The translations under genes and the position numbers were made by a program. Below, one piece after another: positions 46,217-54,353 of a stretch of 64,000 bases of DNA. The notes under the pieces are model-generated. The model did no database searches and had not been told where the DNA came from. It saw only the letters and a list, made by a program, of their open reading frames with translations. Each line of letters opens with the position of its first letter. The first letter of the stretch is position 1. The DNA comes from Opitutaceae bacterium (lineage in GTDB: Bacteria; Verrucomicrobiota; Verrucomicrobiia; Opitutales; Opitutaceae): assembly GCA_041649735.1 (NCBI GenBank), contig JBAZMN010000001.1, positions 509-64,508 of the forward strand. The letters run 5' to 3'.

Positions 46217-46803
46217 GGTTTCTTCCTTTCTTCAATCTCGGCAATGATCGACGCCACGGACGGACGGTACTTTCCGTGCGTCCACGACAGCGGTTCATTG
46301 GCCTTTAGATAATCATTGACCGCTTTTTCTGCCGCCTCATAGTCGCCTGGAAGCTCGGCATCACCAGAGATGTAGTTACTCAAATGCTCGGACAAATCAA
46401 AGAACCCGGGGTGGTGCGGCTCGGCAAACAGCAGCCGCAAGTCCTCGATCTGCTCGGCAGTTGGCGTGTCTGTCTCCATGTGGTCAAGTAGATCGTCTAG
46501 ACTCCAAAACCACTTGTCGTCATTGTCGCAACACAGGGGAGCCTTGCCGTCCCACTCCCGTTCCTCGCGGGCGTAGTAGCGTTCGGTGTCGGCTTTTGCG
46601 CGACAGGCGTCACACTTCACGTAATGCTTGTCGACGCGGCCTCCACACTCACACGGTCGTGTCGTACAGCAGCAGTAGCTCGCCATGTGCTTGGCACTGT
46701 CATCATACCCGTACCATCGCTTGCACGTCTTGCAAATCCATCCCGTGACGGTTGCTTGCTCGGCGTTGTCCTCGTACCGAATCACTGTATCAGGCGTTTT
46801 CAT
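46213..46803 (-). CDS. Cys-rich hypothetical protein
   Basis: CKTCKRW..CCCTTRPCECGG..CDAC cluster. Confidence 0.6.
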   Translation of the reverse strand: MKTPDTVIRYEDNAEQATVTGWICKTCKRWYGYDDSAKHMASYCCCTTRPCECGGRVDKHYVKCDACRAKADTERYYAREEREWDGKAPLCCDNDDKWFWSLDDLLDHMETDTPTAEQIEDLRLLFAEPHHPGFFDLSEHLSNYISGDAELPGDYEAAEKAVNDYLKANEPLSWTHGKYRPSVASIIAEIEERKKP

Positions 46804-46824
46804 GGTTTCTTCCTTTCTTTTCGC

Positions 46825-47466
46825 TTACCGTAACGTCAGCATCGCCGGGTTTAGTACACTGCCTCTCTCGTTGGCCTTTTCGCCTTCGGTCCCAATCTGC
46901 ACATCAAGATTGTGCCAACGTCGCAACTCCTCGCCATGTTGCCAGCAATCCGCTAGCACCCGCACAGCAAAGCCGTACATGGCCCCAGTGATGCCCTCGT
47001 CGTCGGCAATGCGTGAGGCTTCCTCGGCACATTCGGCGATTGCGGACCCTACCGCAATTCGCGTCTGCATGATACGCGCCCACTTCTCTGCGTAATCGAC
47101 GACCGCCTTGCCGTAGCCGTCCTGGTTGGCCAGTTCCCGTGATTTCCATTTCAGTTCATTGCGTAGCATGATCGGCGGCGCATCCGCCAAGATCGCCGCC
47201 AACGTCGCACGCTTCTCGGCTTCCTTCCTCGCCCACTCCGCACGCTGGGCAATCACCTCCGGGCGGGCGTTGTATTCTTCGCTGCGCCGCCTTGATTCTG
47301 TGTCGTAGTGGAGCGTGATGTCCTCGGCAGCGCAGCCTGGTACTGCTGTCAGTTCGATTTCATTGAATGAACACGTGACCTGTTCGCCGGTGTCGTTGGC
47401 TAGCTGCACCATACGTCTGGCGGTTTCGCTGACATGTTCGCCGCAATGTGCTTCAAGTGTTCGCAT
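46825..47466 (-). CDS. Hypothetical early protein
   Basis: ATG at 47466 after an AAAGGAG SD; the longer track ORF overlaps the upstream gene. Confidence 0.55.
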   Translation of the reverse strand: MRTLEAHCGEHVSETARRMVQLANDTGEQVTCSFNEIELTAVPGCAAEDITLHYDTESRRRSEEYNARPEVIAQRAEWARKEAEKRATLAAILADAPPIMLRNELKWKSRELANQDGYGKAVVDYAEKWARIMQTRIAVGSAIAECAEEASRIADDEGITGAMYGFAVRVLADCWQHGEELRRWHNLDVQIGTEGEKANERGSVLNPAMLTLR

Positions 47467-47662
47467 TTTGGCTCCTTTCTTCTTCGACTTCATCCACCAC
47501 GATTCGCACCTTGACGGACCGCTCGTTCTCTGTAGCGTTAATTCCCGCGTCCTCGGCGGTTGGATACAGCACTGGAGAATCCACAAACGTAGTGAACGAA
47601 TCAACGTGACCACGCTCATCCACCAGAATCCAGTAGTGGTTGGCAAGTTTTGGTTTGGTCAT
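47453..47662 (-). CDS. Hypothetical early protein
   Basis: ATGA-coupled ORF. Confidence 0.55.
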   Translation of the reverse strand: MTKPKLANHYWILVDERGHVDSFTTFVDSPVLYPTAEDAGINATENERSVKVRIVVDEVEEERSQNANT

Positions 47663-48387
47663 TGACTTCCCTCCGTTTCCTTTACCGCATCAACGATCTT
47701 CTCGGCCGTTTCGCGGATATGTCGCAGCCACGACAACTCGCGATTATGCTCTCCGTTCAGCACTGCGCGGACGGCGTTGCCGATGTTCTCGGCACCTTTC
47801 CATCCGTCGATTTTAATACCGCTCGCCTTCTGAAATGCAATAATATCGCGTTCCTTTTCGGCCAGTTGCTCACGAATACGACTGCTGGTTCTTTCCGAGG
47901 ACTCAAATCCCAACTTGTAGCCGTCATCATGTGCTTTTTTTAGCAACTCTGCGTCGGCACCCTGTTCGGCCACTCGCCGCATGATGGCGGCCAAGAAGCC
48001 ACGATCAATTGGTTTTGGATTCAGCCGCTCGGGTTTTACTTTTATTTTTAGGCCAGAGCCGTTCGGAACCAGTAGCCCCCAACCCTCGGGCAGTTCACCG
48101 TCACGAATGATTGACCTATCGCCAACTACCATGTACCAATGATCGCAGTATCGCAAAACGGACTCCGCTTTCTCTGGGTCTTTCAGTTCCTTCAGCCAAT
48201 CTGTGCGGCTGACCTTAATCTCGACTCCCGCGAGAGTAAGGCCACGACTCGGCCACAGGGACATTACTAATGCGTCAGCGTGGCGACTACAATTCATGCC
48301 CGTCCCATTTCCAACTTCCCAGAGCAGGGCATAGGCGCGAGAATCGAAGTGAAACCTCAATGCGTTTTTGACTTCGTGAGTATTCAT
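47659..48387 (-). CDS. MmcB-like PD-(D/E)XK nuclease-fold protein
   Basis: ..HADALVMSLWPSRGLTLAGVEIKVSRTDW.. (D...E-x-K). ATG at 48387 forms an ATGA overlap. Confidence 0.55.
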   Translation of the reverse strand: MNTHEVKNALRFHFDSRAYALLWEVGNGTGMNCSRHADALVMSLWPSRGLTLAGVEIKVSRTDWLKELKDPEKAESVLRYCDHWYMVVGDRSIIRDGELPEGWGLLVPNGSGLKIKVKPERLNPKPIDRGFLAAIMRRVAEQGADAELLKKAHDDGYKLGFESSERTSSRIREQLAEKERDIIAFQKASGIKIDGWKGAENIGNAVRAVLNGEHNRELSWLRHIRETAEKIVDAVKETEGSQ

Positions 48388-48707
48388 GGCTTTCCCTCCG
48401 CTTCGACAACCGCCGCCACGGCAAGGCACACCGCGTGCGCGATGGTGTCGCCGTAGATATACTCACGTTCCTCACCGAGTACAACATACACTCGCCATTG
48501 GTTTGTAGATGGCTGCGGCTCTAGGCAATACAGCGTTTTGTCCCGCAGCCACGTCATAATCTGGCAGAACTGCTCGAAGCTTGGCGTCGTGCTGACTCGC
48601 GGCGAAACCAAATCGCCGCTAGGTAATAGCATGACGGCGTGCGGTATATGCACGGCCTTGCAAACGATTTCGTCAAGCTCGGGACCGGGTTGTAGGGGTT
48701 TGGTCAT
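48384..48707 (-). CDS. Hypothetical early protein
   Basis: ATGA-coupled on both sides. Confidence 0.55.
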   Translation of the reverse strand: MTKPLQPGPELDEIVCKAVHIPHAVMLLPSGDLVSPRVSTTPSFEQFCQIMTWLRDKTLYCLEPQPSTNQWRVYVVLGEEREYIYGDTIAHAVCLAVAAVVEAEGKP

Positions 48708-48880
48708 GGCTTCTTATCCTTCCTTTTCAGTGCCGCCCTGAGTGACGACCAGCGAATACGTGCTATTGTGTGCTGCCCAGACTCATAGACGACCACCATG
48801 ATGCCTTCCGGTTCTTCGTACCACCACCCATCCCGGTTCTTAAAACGGTGCGGCTTCAATTGCAGATGTTTGTTGCTCAT
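48704..48880 (-). CDS. Small hypothetical protein (58 aa)
   Basis: The internal ATG at 48880 gives an ATGA overlap with the upstream stop. Confidence 0.5.
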   Translation of the reverse strand: MSNKHLQLKPHRFKNRDGWWYEEPEGIMVVVYESGQHTIARIRWSSLRAALKRKDKKP

Positions 48881-49239
48881 GGCGTTGGCTCCTGTTCTAT
48901 CTCTGCTACTATCTTTGACGAACGTAGATACCCATTCAGGTCCAGCCACATCTTCCTGCTCGCGTCGGCCAGCCACGCCAAGTAATCCAGCGGCACGCAA
49001 TTAACTGGTTCACCTGCGAACTTTCCGAACGGCATCTTATCCTCGCCAAACCGCGTTGCTTCGATGTCAGTCATGGGCTGCGGCGCAAACGGTAGAGCCT
49101 GTTTGACTTCAATCCACGATTCAATGGCCGCCCTAACGCGATTGGCAATAATCCGCTGCTCAATCTCGTTTCGCTCGGCCATACCTTCACGGATCAGGTC
49201 CGCCAGTACGTTGCCTACGTCGTTGGCGTTTTCACTCAT
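48877..49239 (-). CDS. DUF3820-like protein
   Basis: C-terminal MPFGKFAGEPVNCVPLDYLAWLAD matches the MPFGKYKG..L.DLP..YL.W pattern. Confidence 0.55.
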   Translation of the reverse strand: MSENANDVGNVLADLIREGMAERNEIEQRIIANRVRAAIESWIEVKQALPFAPQPMTDIEATRFGEDKMPFGKFAGEPVNCVPLDYLAWLADASRKMWLDLNGYLRSSKIVAEIEQEPTP

Positions 49240-49625
49240 GGCTTCGGCTCCTTAGACAGCCTATGTTCAACGATACCAATAGATGAGCGTGGTCCATTGT
49301 AATGCTCGTTGGCATAGGTTTGCTGTTGAATCTGAAAATCAATAGGCAGTCCAGTTATTCCCCGCCCCAGCGTCGAAAACGCCATAACGAACGCACACCA
49401 CTTGTCGCATAGATGCTCATTGCGAGGGTCGCAGCCGGGAAACATCGCAGCATATTCGGCATCGGACAAGATGATGCGAATGTCAACGTCCCGCCACGCT
49501 CGCTCTTTATCTCCGGGCAGCGACGATCCTACTTGGTATGCGAACGTACCAAAGGCATCAAACAAAATCTCGCCGAAGTAGTTAAGTTTCAACGCCTCCG
49601 GCATTCCGACTCCAGCCCGTCCCAT
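49236..49625 (-). CDS. Pol-beta-superfamily nucleotidyltransferase-like protein
   Basis: YQVGSSLPGD....WRDVDIRIILSD fits the GS...DxD motif. Confidence 0.45.
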   Translation of the reverse strand: MGRAGVGMPEALKLNYFGEILFDAFGTFAYQVGSSLPGDKERAWRDVDIRIILSDAEYAAMFPGCDPRNEHLCDKWCAFVMAFSTLGRGITGLPIDFQIQQQTYANEHYNGPRSSIGIVEHRLSKEPKP

Positions 49626-49665
49626 TATGGTTCTCCAAATTCATTCCAACACTACTCGCAGATGC

Positions 49666-49863
49666 CTACTCGAACAGCACCTTATGAATAGCATTCCAAT
49701 CAATTTCTGACTCAGCAATCAAACGCTCGAACGCCGCTTCATCGTATGCGAGTGCCTTGCCCTCGATTCGCCGCAACCAGTTTTCCATTATCATGCCCGT
49801 CATACGAATCATCGCCGTTGCACATCGGGCGTTCATAACGGCAGATTTTTGTTCGGCTGTCAT
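49666..49863 (-). CDS. Hypothetical early protein
   Basis: 65-aa ORF with an SD-like AAAGGAAAA upstream. Confidence 0.5.
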   Translation of the reverse strand: MTAEQKSAVMNARCATAMIRMTGMIMENWLRRIEGKALAYDEAAFERLIAESEIDWNAIHKVLFE

Positions 49864-49879
49864 GTCATTTTCCTTTCGG

Positions 49880-50104
49880 TTACTTCTTTAATTCAGTAAT
49901 CTGAGTCACTCCCCGCACCCTCCAACAGTAACCACACTTACGACAGGACGCCAAAACGTGAACTGGCTTACCCGCACTGGTATATCCTTCTTCCGCCGGG
50001 AATCCACGCTCGTCCGCATCAAACGATAGACCGTGGCCGGACCACACCTCTAGGTATTCGTTGGGCAAGTTGCCGCACTTCGGACATCGCGGGATTGTTT
50101 TCAT
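49880..50104 (-). CDS. Zinc-ribbon hypothetical protein
   Basis: CPKCG...CRKCGYC. Confidence 0.55.
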   Translation of the reverse strand: MKTIPRCPKCGNLPNEYLEVWSGHGLSFDADERGFPAEEGYTSAGKPVHVLASCRKCGYCWRVRGVTQITELKK

Positions 50105-50132
50105 TTCCTTTTTGGCTTCCAGCCCATCATGG

Positions 50133-50357
50133 CTATTGCAATCGAATCACGCCCATTGGCTTTTCGCCGATGCTTACGAGATATCCATTCAATCGCCAGT
50201 TTTTCTCAGCACGCATAGCATAGCCCGCATCCCAACCCGCCAGCCAGTGTGTTGTTTCATCGGTGGTGTCGTGGCAGGAAGCGAGTATGCCTGAGATGAA
50301 TCCTGCGGAAAACTGGTTGGCAATAACGTATTTGTTCTCATCGCGTGGCTTCATCAT
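50133..50357 (-). CDS. Hypothetical early protein
   Basis: ATGA-coupled ORF. Confidence 0.5.
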   Translation of the reverse strand: MMKPRDENKYVIANQFSAGFISGILASCHDTTDETTHWLAGWDAGYAMRAEKNWRLNGYLVSIGEKPMGVIRLQ

Positions 50358-50524
50358 AACTCCCTAACGTCTGAGCAGTCACATTCCATTTCCGCGACCT
50401 CAAACTCGGCACCACACTCGGGACAAAGATCGTCGGCCAGCACAAGGGAATTGATCGATGGATCATCCTCGATTACACGCGAACCAAAACCATGTCCATT
50501 GGTACACTTGCATAAAGCGATCAT
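50354..50524 (-). CDS. Small zinc-ribbon protein (56 aa)
   Basis: MIALCKCTNGH..CPECG. ATG at 50524 forms an ATGA overlap. Confidence 0.5.
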   Translation of the reverse strand: MIALCKCTNGHGFGSRVIEDDPSINSLVLADDLCPECGAEFEVAEMECDCSDVREL

Positions 50525-50973
50525 TGTTCTTTCTCCTTCGGTTTCCAATCCGCTGGCGGCACGCGGTCGGGTTTTGCAGGGTCGGCAAGAACCATCAAGT
50601 CATAGGCTGAGTAGATGCTGGTACTCGTCCACGAAGTATAGCCACTCGTATAAAACTTCCCAATGCCCGCGTAATGCCTGCGAGTCCATTCGATACCCTG
50701 TCGCACCCACACCTTCGCATCAATCGGCGTCGATTCATCCGGCTCACGCCAATCATACGGTCGCTCGATCAGCGATTCTCGCCAGTGGTCGGCGGGAGGG
50801 AGGTCGATGATGTCGAAAAGATAGAACGACAACCAACCATCCCAACTACACCCACCCGCTGTTGGTCTTTGGCGGCGACGATGAAATCCAACCGGGTCAC
50901 CGCAAGCGTTAATAGCGGCAAAATCTCCACAGTACGCCGCCCAAAACTCGGGGCTGTTCCATCGTATGCTCAT
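50521..50973 (-). CDS. Hypothetical early protein (Trp-rich)
   Basis: 150-aa ORF. Confidence 0.55.
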   Translation of the reverse strand: MSIRWNSPEFWAAYCGDFAAINACGDPVGFHRRRQRPTAGGCSWDGWLSFYLFDIIDLPPADHWRESLIERPYDWREPDESTPIDAKVWVRQGIEWTRRHYAGIGKFYTSGYTSWTSTSIYSAYDLMVLADPAKPDRVPPADWKPKEKEQ

Positions 50974-50985
50974 GGATTGGTTCCT

Positions 50986-51189
50986 TTAGTGCCAGATTTC
51001 AGTAATTACAAGGTCCGGTCGCGTTTTCTTGAGCCGGATATGTTGCAATCGGCCTTCGATGGCTGGCAGAAGTCCCGCCAACCATTGCTTTTCACCCTCG
51101 GTGTCTGCCGTTAGCGTCAACTTATAGACCTGTTCGCACAGGCTGACCGACTTCGGCGCTCTGCCTACTGATGCGTCAATTCTCATCAC
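50986..51189 (-). CDS. Hypothetical early protein
   Basis: ATGA-coupled ORF. Confidence 0.5.
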   Translation of the reverse strand: MMRIDASVGRAPKSVSLCEQVYKLTLTADTEGEKQWLAGLLPAIEGRLQHIRLKKTRPDLVITEIWH

Positions 51190-51560
51190 TTCTCTCCTTT
51201 CGCTGCCTCGGCAGCCTCGCGGGTGCTGTAGGTTCGTTCGCCGGAACTGTAGACAATATCTGGAATCGAGCTATCTGTGCGAAAGTACACCGCCCCATAG
51301 TCCAGTGATTGCACATAGCCTGTTGGGTCAACGTAGTAGTATTTGTTGCCTCGAATGATCGGCACACCATCCGCCGTCTTTGGCAGCCGCTCCACGATCT
51401 CGCGGAGGCGTCGAATCTCGGCCACCGCCAGCCGCATTGCCGCTGGCATTTCGTACAGCGAGTTCGCTTCGACCTCAAATGCGGTTCCTCCCAAGTCAAT
51501 GATGCGACTCAGCCGTTCCTCCCACAACTCCTGCATTTCGTCGGTCCATTGGTCGCTCAT
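51186..51560 (-). CDS. Hypothetical early protein
   Basis: ATGA-coupled ORF. Confidence 0.55.
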   Translation of the reverse strand: MSDQWTDEMQELWEERLSRIIDLGGTAFEVEANSLYEMPAAMRLAVAEIRRLREIVERLPKTADGVPIIRGNKYYYVDPTGYVQSLDYGAVYFRTDSSIPDIVYSSGERTYSTREAAEAAKGEK

Positions 51561-51835
51561 GTCGATGCTCCCTTCGGTGATTCAGCCGCAACTCTACGGG
51601 TGTCTTGGCTGCCACATTTGTCGCACAAACAGTACGGCCGTATCGAGTCGGCATAGTAGCCGTGGTGGCCGCAGTCGTGACATCGCCGCATGTGGAGCTT
51701 ACGTCCCACGATCTCGCGGAGGCGTTTCAGTTCGACCAGCACATGCCTGATCGCCACAACATCATTCGGCGACAAGTCCCACGTTTGCTGCCGGGGGTCG
51801 ATCATCGCTTCCAGTCGTTCAATATGTTCGCTCAT
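51557..51835 (-). CDS. Zinc-binding hypothetical protein
   Basis: CHDCGHHG..CLCDKCG. ATG at 51835 forms an ATGA overlap. Confidence 0.55.
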   Translation of the reverse strand: MSEHIERLEAMIDPRQQTWDLSPNDVVAIRHVLVELKRLREIVGRKLHMRRCHDCGHHGYYADSIRPYCLCDKCGSQDTRRVAAESPKGAST

Positions 51836-52170
51836 GGCTTCTCCTTCGCAATCTGAATGGAATACCACGGGTGCCACTCCGAACCGAGCCACGTCCTAAC
51901 CAGCACGCTAGGCGTCGGTTCCCAAAACGGCCACCCGTCGTACATGCCAACTGCCAATACGTCGTGTCCCTCGCCGTACAGCGACACCATGACTTGCTTG
52001 CCAGCGTCCAGCAGTTCAACCACTTGGCGTAAGGTTGCCACGGCGTTGCGGGCGATTTCCGGGTTTACGCCGCCGCGACCGTTCGCCCAATCGTGCTTGG
52101 TGAAGTCATAGGACCAATCGACAGGCCCAAGCAACTCACCCACTCGCTCTGTCTTTGTGATAGTTTTCAT
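51832..52170 (-). CDS. Hypothetical early protein
   Basis: ATGA-coupled ORF. Confidence 0.55.
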   Translation of the reverse strand: MKTITKTERVGELLGPVDWSYDFTKHDWANGRGGVNPEIARNAVATLRQVVELLDAGKQVMVSLYGEGHDVLAVGMYDGWPFWEPTPSVLVRTWLGSEWHPWYSIQIAKEKP

Positions 52171-52403
52171 GGCTTCTCCTTCCCGTGTTCGAGTGATTCT
52201 TTCAGCGTAGTAATGAGTGACTCAAAGGACACGGATTCGATACTGTTCGGCCAGTTCCGCCAGTAATCGACCACCGACCGCGCCGCAATCTCGATTCGCT
52301 GGAGACGCTCCAGTTCCCGCTCCGCTTCCTCGAATAGACAATACCGCCCGTTTATGGTTTCGGACATGAACTGGCCATCGGTCGTGTCGGTGAATCGTCG
52401 CAT
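52167..52403 (-). CDS. Hypothetical early protein
   Basis: ATG at 52403 overlaps the upstream stop (TAATG). Confidence 0.5.
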   Translation of the reverse strand: MRRFTDTTDGQFMSETINGRYCLFEEAERELERLQRIEIAARSVVDYWRNWPNSIESVSFESLITTLKESLEHGKEKP

Positions 52404-52870
52404 TAGATGGTTTCCTTTAACCGCTTTTCCCATCGCATTCTCGGTGAGACAGATTGGTTTGTTCTGCCCATTCGGCACTTTGCCCCTCCACATCCAGCAG
52501 CCCAGCCGCGACTGCGACTAATATAGTTTTCCGCTTGTTTCCAACCTGACGCCCTGTAGATCGCGCCAGTGTGAACATCGCAATCCTGGTAGGAAATCAG
52601 CATTTCCACTTCTGGAAAACGCTTGCGAATGTCGCGTACCATCCATCCAATCATTCGTGATGCTGTGTTTTTTGGTGCGTTGCTTGCAATCGCCATTCTT
52701 CGCAATTCAAGCCACGTTCGTTGCGGCAGCAGTCGCGCGACAGGGTTAGACCACGCTGCCGTCGCATAATACCGACCATCGTATTCTGCCGTGTAACACA
52801 CTCGGAATTGCGATGCACCAATTTTTGGTAGTCTGGAATGCCACAGCAGATTGAGTTGAGCAAACGTCAT
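52403..52870 (-). CDS. GNAT-fold Mom / XF1762-like protein (putative DNA-modification acyltransferase)
   Basis: WHSRLPK..AAWSNPVARLL...LELRRMAIASNAPKNTASRMIG...LISYQDCDVHTGAIYRASGWKQ fits the Mom/XF1762 family pattern as I recall it. The longer track ORF N-terminus is the antisense strand of a tRNA-like gene. Confidence 0.45.
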   Translation of the reverse strand: MTFAQLNLLWHSRLPKIGASQFRVCYTAEYDGRYYATAAWSNPVARLLPQRTWLELRRMAIASNAPKNTASRMIGWMVRDIRKRFPEVEMLISYQDCDVHTGAIYRASGWKQAENYISRSRGWAAGCGGAKCRMGRTNQSVSPRMRWEKRLKETI

Positions 52871-52898
52871 CCTATTGGTCGTGTCGAATAGCAACGAA

Positions 52899-52971
52899 AG
52901 CGCCGAGGTCGGAATCGAACCGCCTCCTTCCGCCTGGAAAAGCGGACGTGCAACCAGTACACTATCGGCGC
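52899..52971 (-). tRNA. tRNA-like gene, Gly(UCC)-like, with an 8-nt anticodon loop and a bulged T stem
   Basis: Parse: GCGCCGA-TA-GTGT-ACTGGTT-GCAC-G-TCCGC-TTTTCCAG-GCGGA-AGGA-GGCGG-TTCGATT-CCG(A)CC-TCGGCGC-T. It has a perfect 7-bp acceptor stem, a 5-bp anticodon stem and a TTCGATT T-loop. G1:C72, C2:G71, G3:C70 and U73 fit Gly identity. Confidence 0.55.
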
Positions 52972-52998
52972 GACTATACTCCATGCTAATCCACTTTC

Positions 52999-53169
52999 TT
53001 AGTCCACGTCCCCAGTCCCATCACACGATAAGCAGTCGGTTTCCCCGCTTCCCTTGCACACCAGGCACGTACCATCCATCTGGCCGCAGCAGGGACATAC
53101 ATATTCGCCCGTGCCATCGCAATCAGCACATTCCTCTTTTCCGGTCCCGTCGCATTGTCGGCACTTCAT
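52999..53169 (-). CDS. DnaJ-type zinc-finger mini-protein (56 aa, below the track cutoff)
   Basis: Hand translation gives MKCRQCDGTGKEECADCDGTGEYVCPCCGQMDGTCLVCKGSGETDCLSCDGTGDVD, with four to five CxxCxGxG repeats. ATGA-coupled. Confidence 0.6.
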   Translation of the reverse strand: MKCRQCDGTGKEECADCDGTGEYVCPCCGQMDGTCLVCKGSGETDCLSCDGTGDVD

Positions 53170-53447
53170 GGGGTTCTCGCTTTCTCGGTGTCGCTACCAT
53201 CTGGCGGCAGCAAGTCGCCAACGGCCACGACTTCGGAGCCAAGATATTCATTGCCATCAAACACCAGCAGCAGCGCAGGCGTGTTGACATACGCCTCACA
53301 TTCGGCCATCGTGCCGATGCGGGCCAGCTTGGAAAACATGCCACTGCTGCCACGGTACATCGAAACGGCCACCGCCTCTGATTGCAGGATGCGGTCGTAT
53401 TGCTCACGGTCTACGTTCAGCGGAAGTGTTTGTCGTTCGTCGGTCAT
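53166..53447 (-). CDS. Hypothetical early protein
   Basis: 93-aa ORF with an AAGGAAAG SD. Confidence 0.55.
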   Translation of the reverse strand: MTDERQTLPLNVDREQYDRILQSEAVAVSMYRGSSGMFSKLARIGTMAECEAYVNTPALLLVFDGNEYLGSEVVAVGDLLPPDGSDTEKARTP

Positions 53448-53457
53448 GGACTTTCCT

Positions 53458-53586
53458 TTACGCTAAATGCCTTGCCGCTTCCCATGCGGTTTTCAATCGT
53501 ACCCAGCCCCAATAGTCCCGGTTGCACTTGTGGACGTTGCCGCTCCAAATGATCCAGGTGTAGCGGATGCGGCGTAGTAGTTTCAT
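53458..53586 (-). CDS. Small basic Trp-rich protein (42 aa)
   Basis: Hand translation gives MKLLRRIRYTWIIWSGNVHKCNRDYWGWVRLKTAWEAARHLA. ATGA overlap with the methyltransferase stop. Confidence 0.4.
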   Translation of the reverse strand: MKLLRRIRYTWIIWSGNVHKCNRDYWGWVRLKTAWEAARHLA

Positions 53587-54353
53587 TGCTTCCCTTTCTC
53601 GGCTTCTAGGATTTGCTCTCCGATCCATTGGACGACTTGCGGGACAACGGCGTTGCCGACTGCGCGGTATCTGTCCAGTTCACCGGGAAGCCCATCAACC
53701 ATTCGACAAACTGCGGCGTCGGGACACCACCGTACTCGATCTGGCAATGCAGGACTATGTTGGCACTGGCCGGGCCAGCACCGTGTCCTAGCCGCCTGTT
53801 TCTCGCTTGTTGTTTTAGGTGGGCGTGTACCGAAAACCCCATCCGCATGGCATCGCTCGCTTGCGGTGCTGGCCACAACGAAAAGTCGATCTCTTGTGAT
53901 TGGCGAACCAATCGCTTGTGCCGATATAGTCTGCCATTCCGCATCGTACCCGAGCGTGGAAAGGTCGCCGAGAACGGTATCGAGTCCACGAAAAGTGAGG
54001 GCTGGCACGTTTTCAATGATGACCCATCTTGGACGAAGTACGCGAAGCACTCTCGCGTATTCGCTCCACAATCCGCTACGCTCGTCGGCAAGTCCGGTTG
54101 CACGGAAGTTTGCCGCACTAATTCCTTGACATGGAAATCCCCCGCAGATAACGTCACACTTCCATCGCTTGATTGGCTCTGGCGGGAAGGTTCGCACGTC
54201 GTCCCATCGGGGCACGTCGGGCCAGTGTTTTGCGAGAACTCGTTTTGCATACGGATCGATTTCGCACTGCCAGACAGTCTGAAAGCCTCCGGTCCATTCG
54301 AGTCCAAGTTCAATCCCTCCTATCCCAGCGAACAGACTGCCAACCGTTAGCAT
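53583..54353 (-). CDS. dcm: DNA (cytosine-5)-methyltransferase
   Basis: FAGIGG (motif I), GFPCQGIS (motif IV), IENVPAL (motif VI), TRDRLFVV (motif VIII) and GNAVVPQV (motif X). Confidence 0.9.
   Translation of the reverse strand: MLTVGSLFAGIGGIELGLEWTGGFQTVWQCEIDPYAKRVLAKHWPDVPRWDDVRTFPPEPIKRWKCDVICGGFPCQGISAANFRATGLADERSGLWSEYARVLRVLRPRWVIIENVPALTFRGLDTVLGDLSTLGYDAEWQTISAQAIGSPITRDRLFVVASTASERCHADGVFGTRPPKTTSEKQAARTRCWPGQCQHSPALPDRVRWCPDAAVCRMVDGLPGELDRYRAVGNAVVPQVVQWIGEQILEAEKGKQ

Noticed and set aside
52871-52984. N-terminal 38 codons of track ORF 52403-52984
   Set aside because: This stretch is the antisense strand of the tRNA-like gene (translation ..ARPLFQAEGGGSIPTSAL..). The real start is most likely the ATG at 52870.
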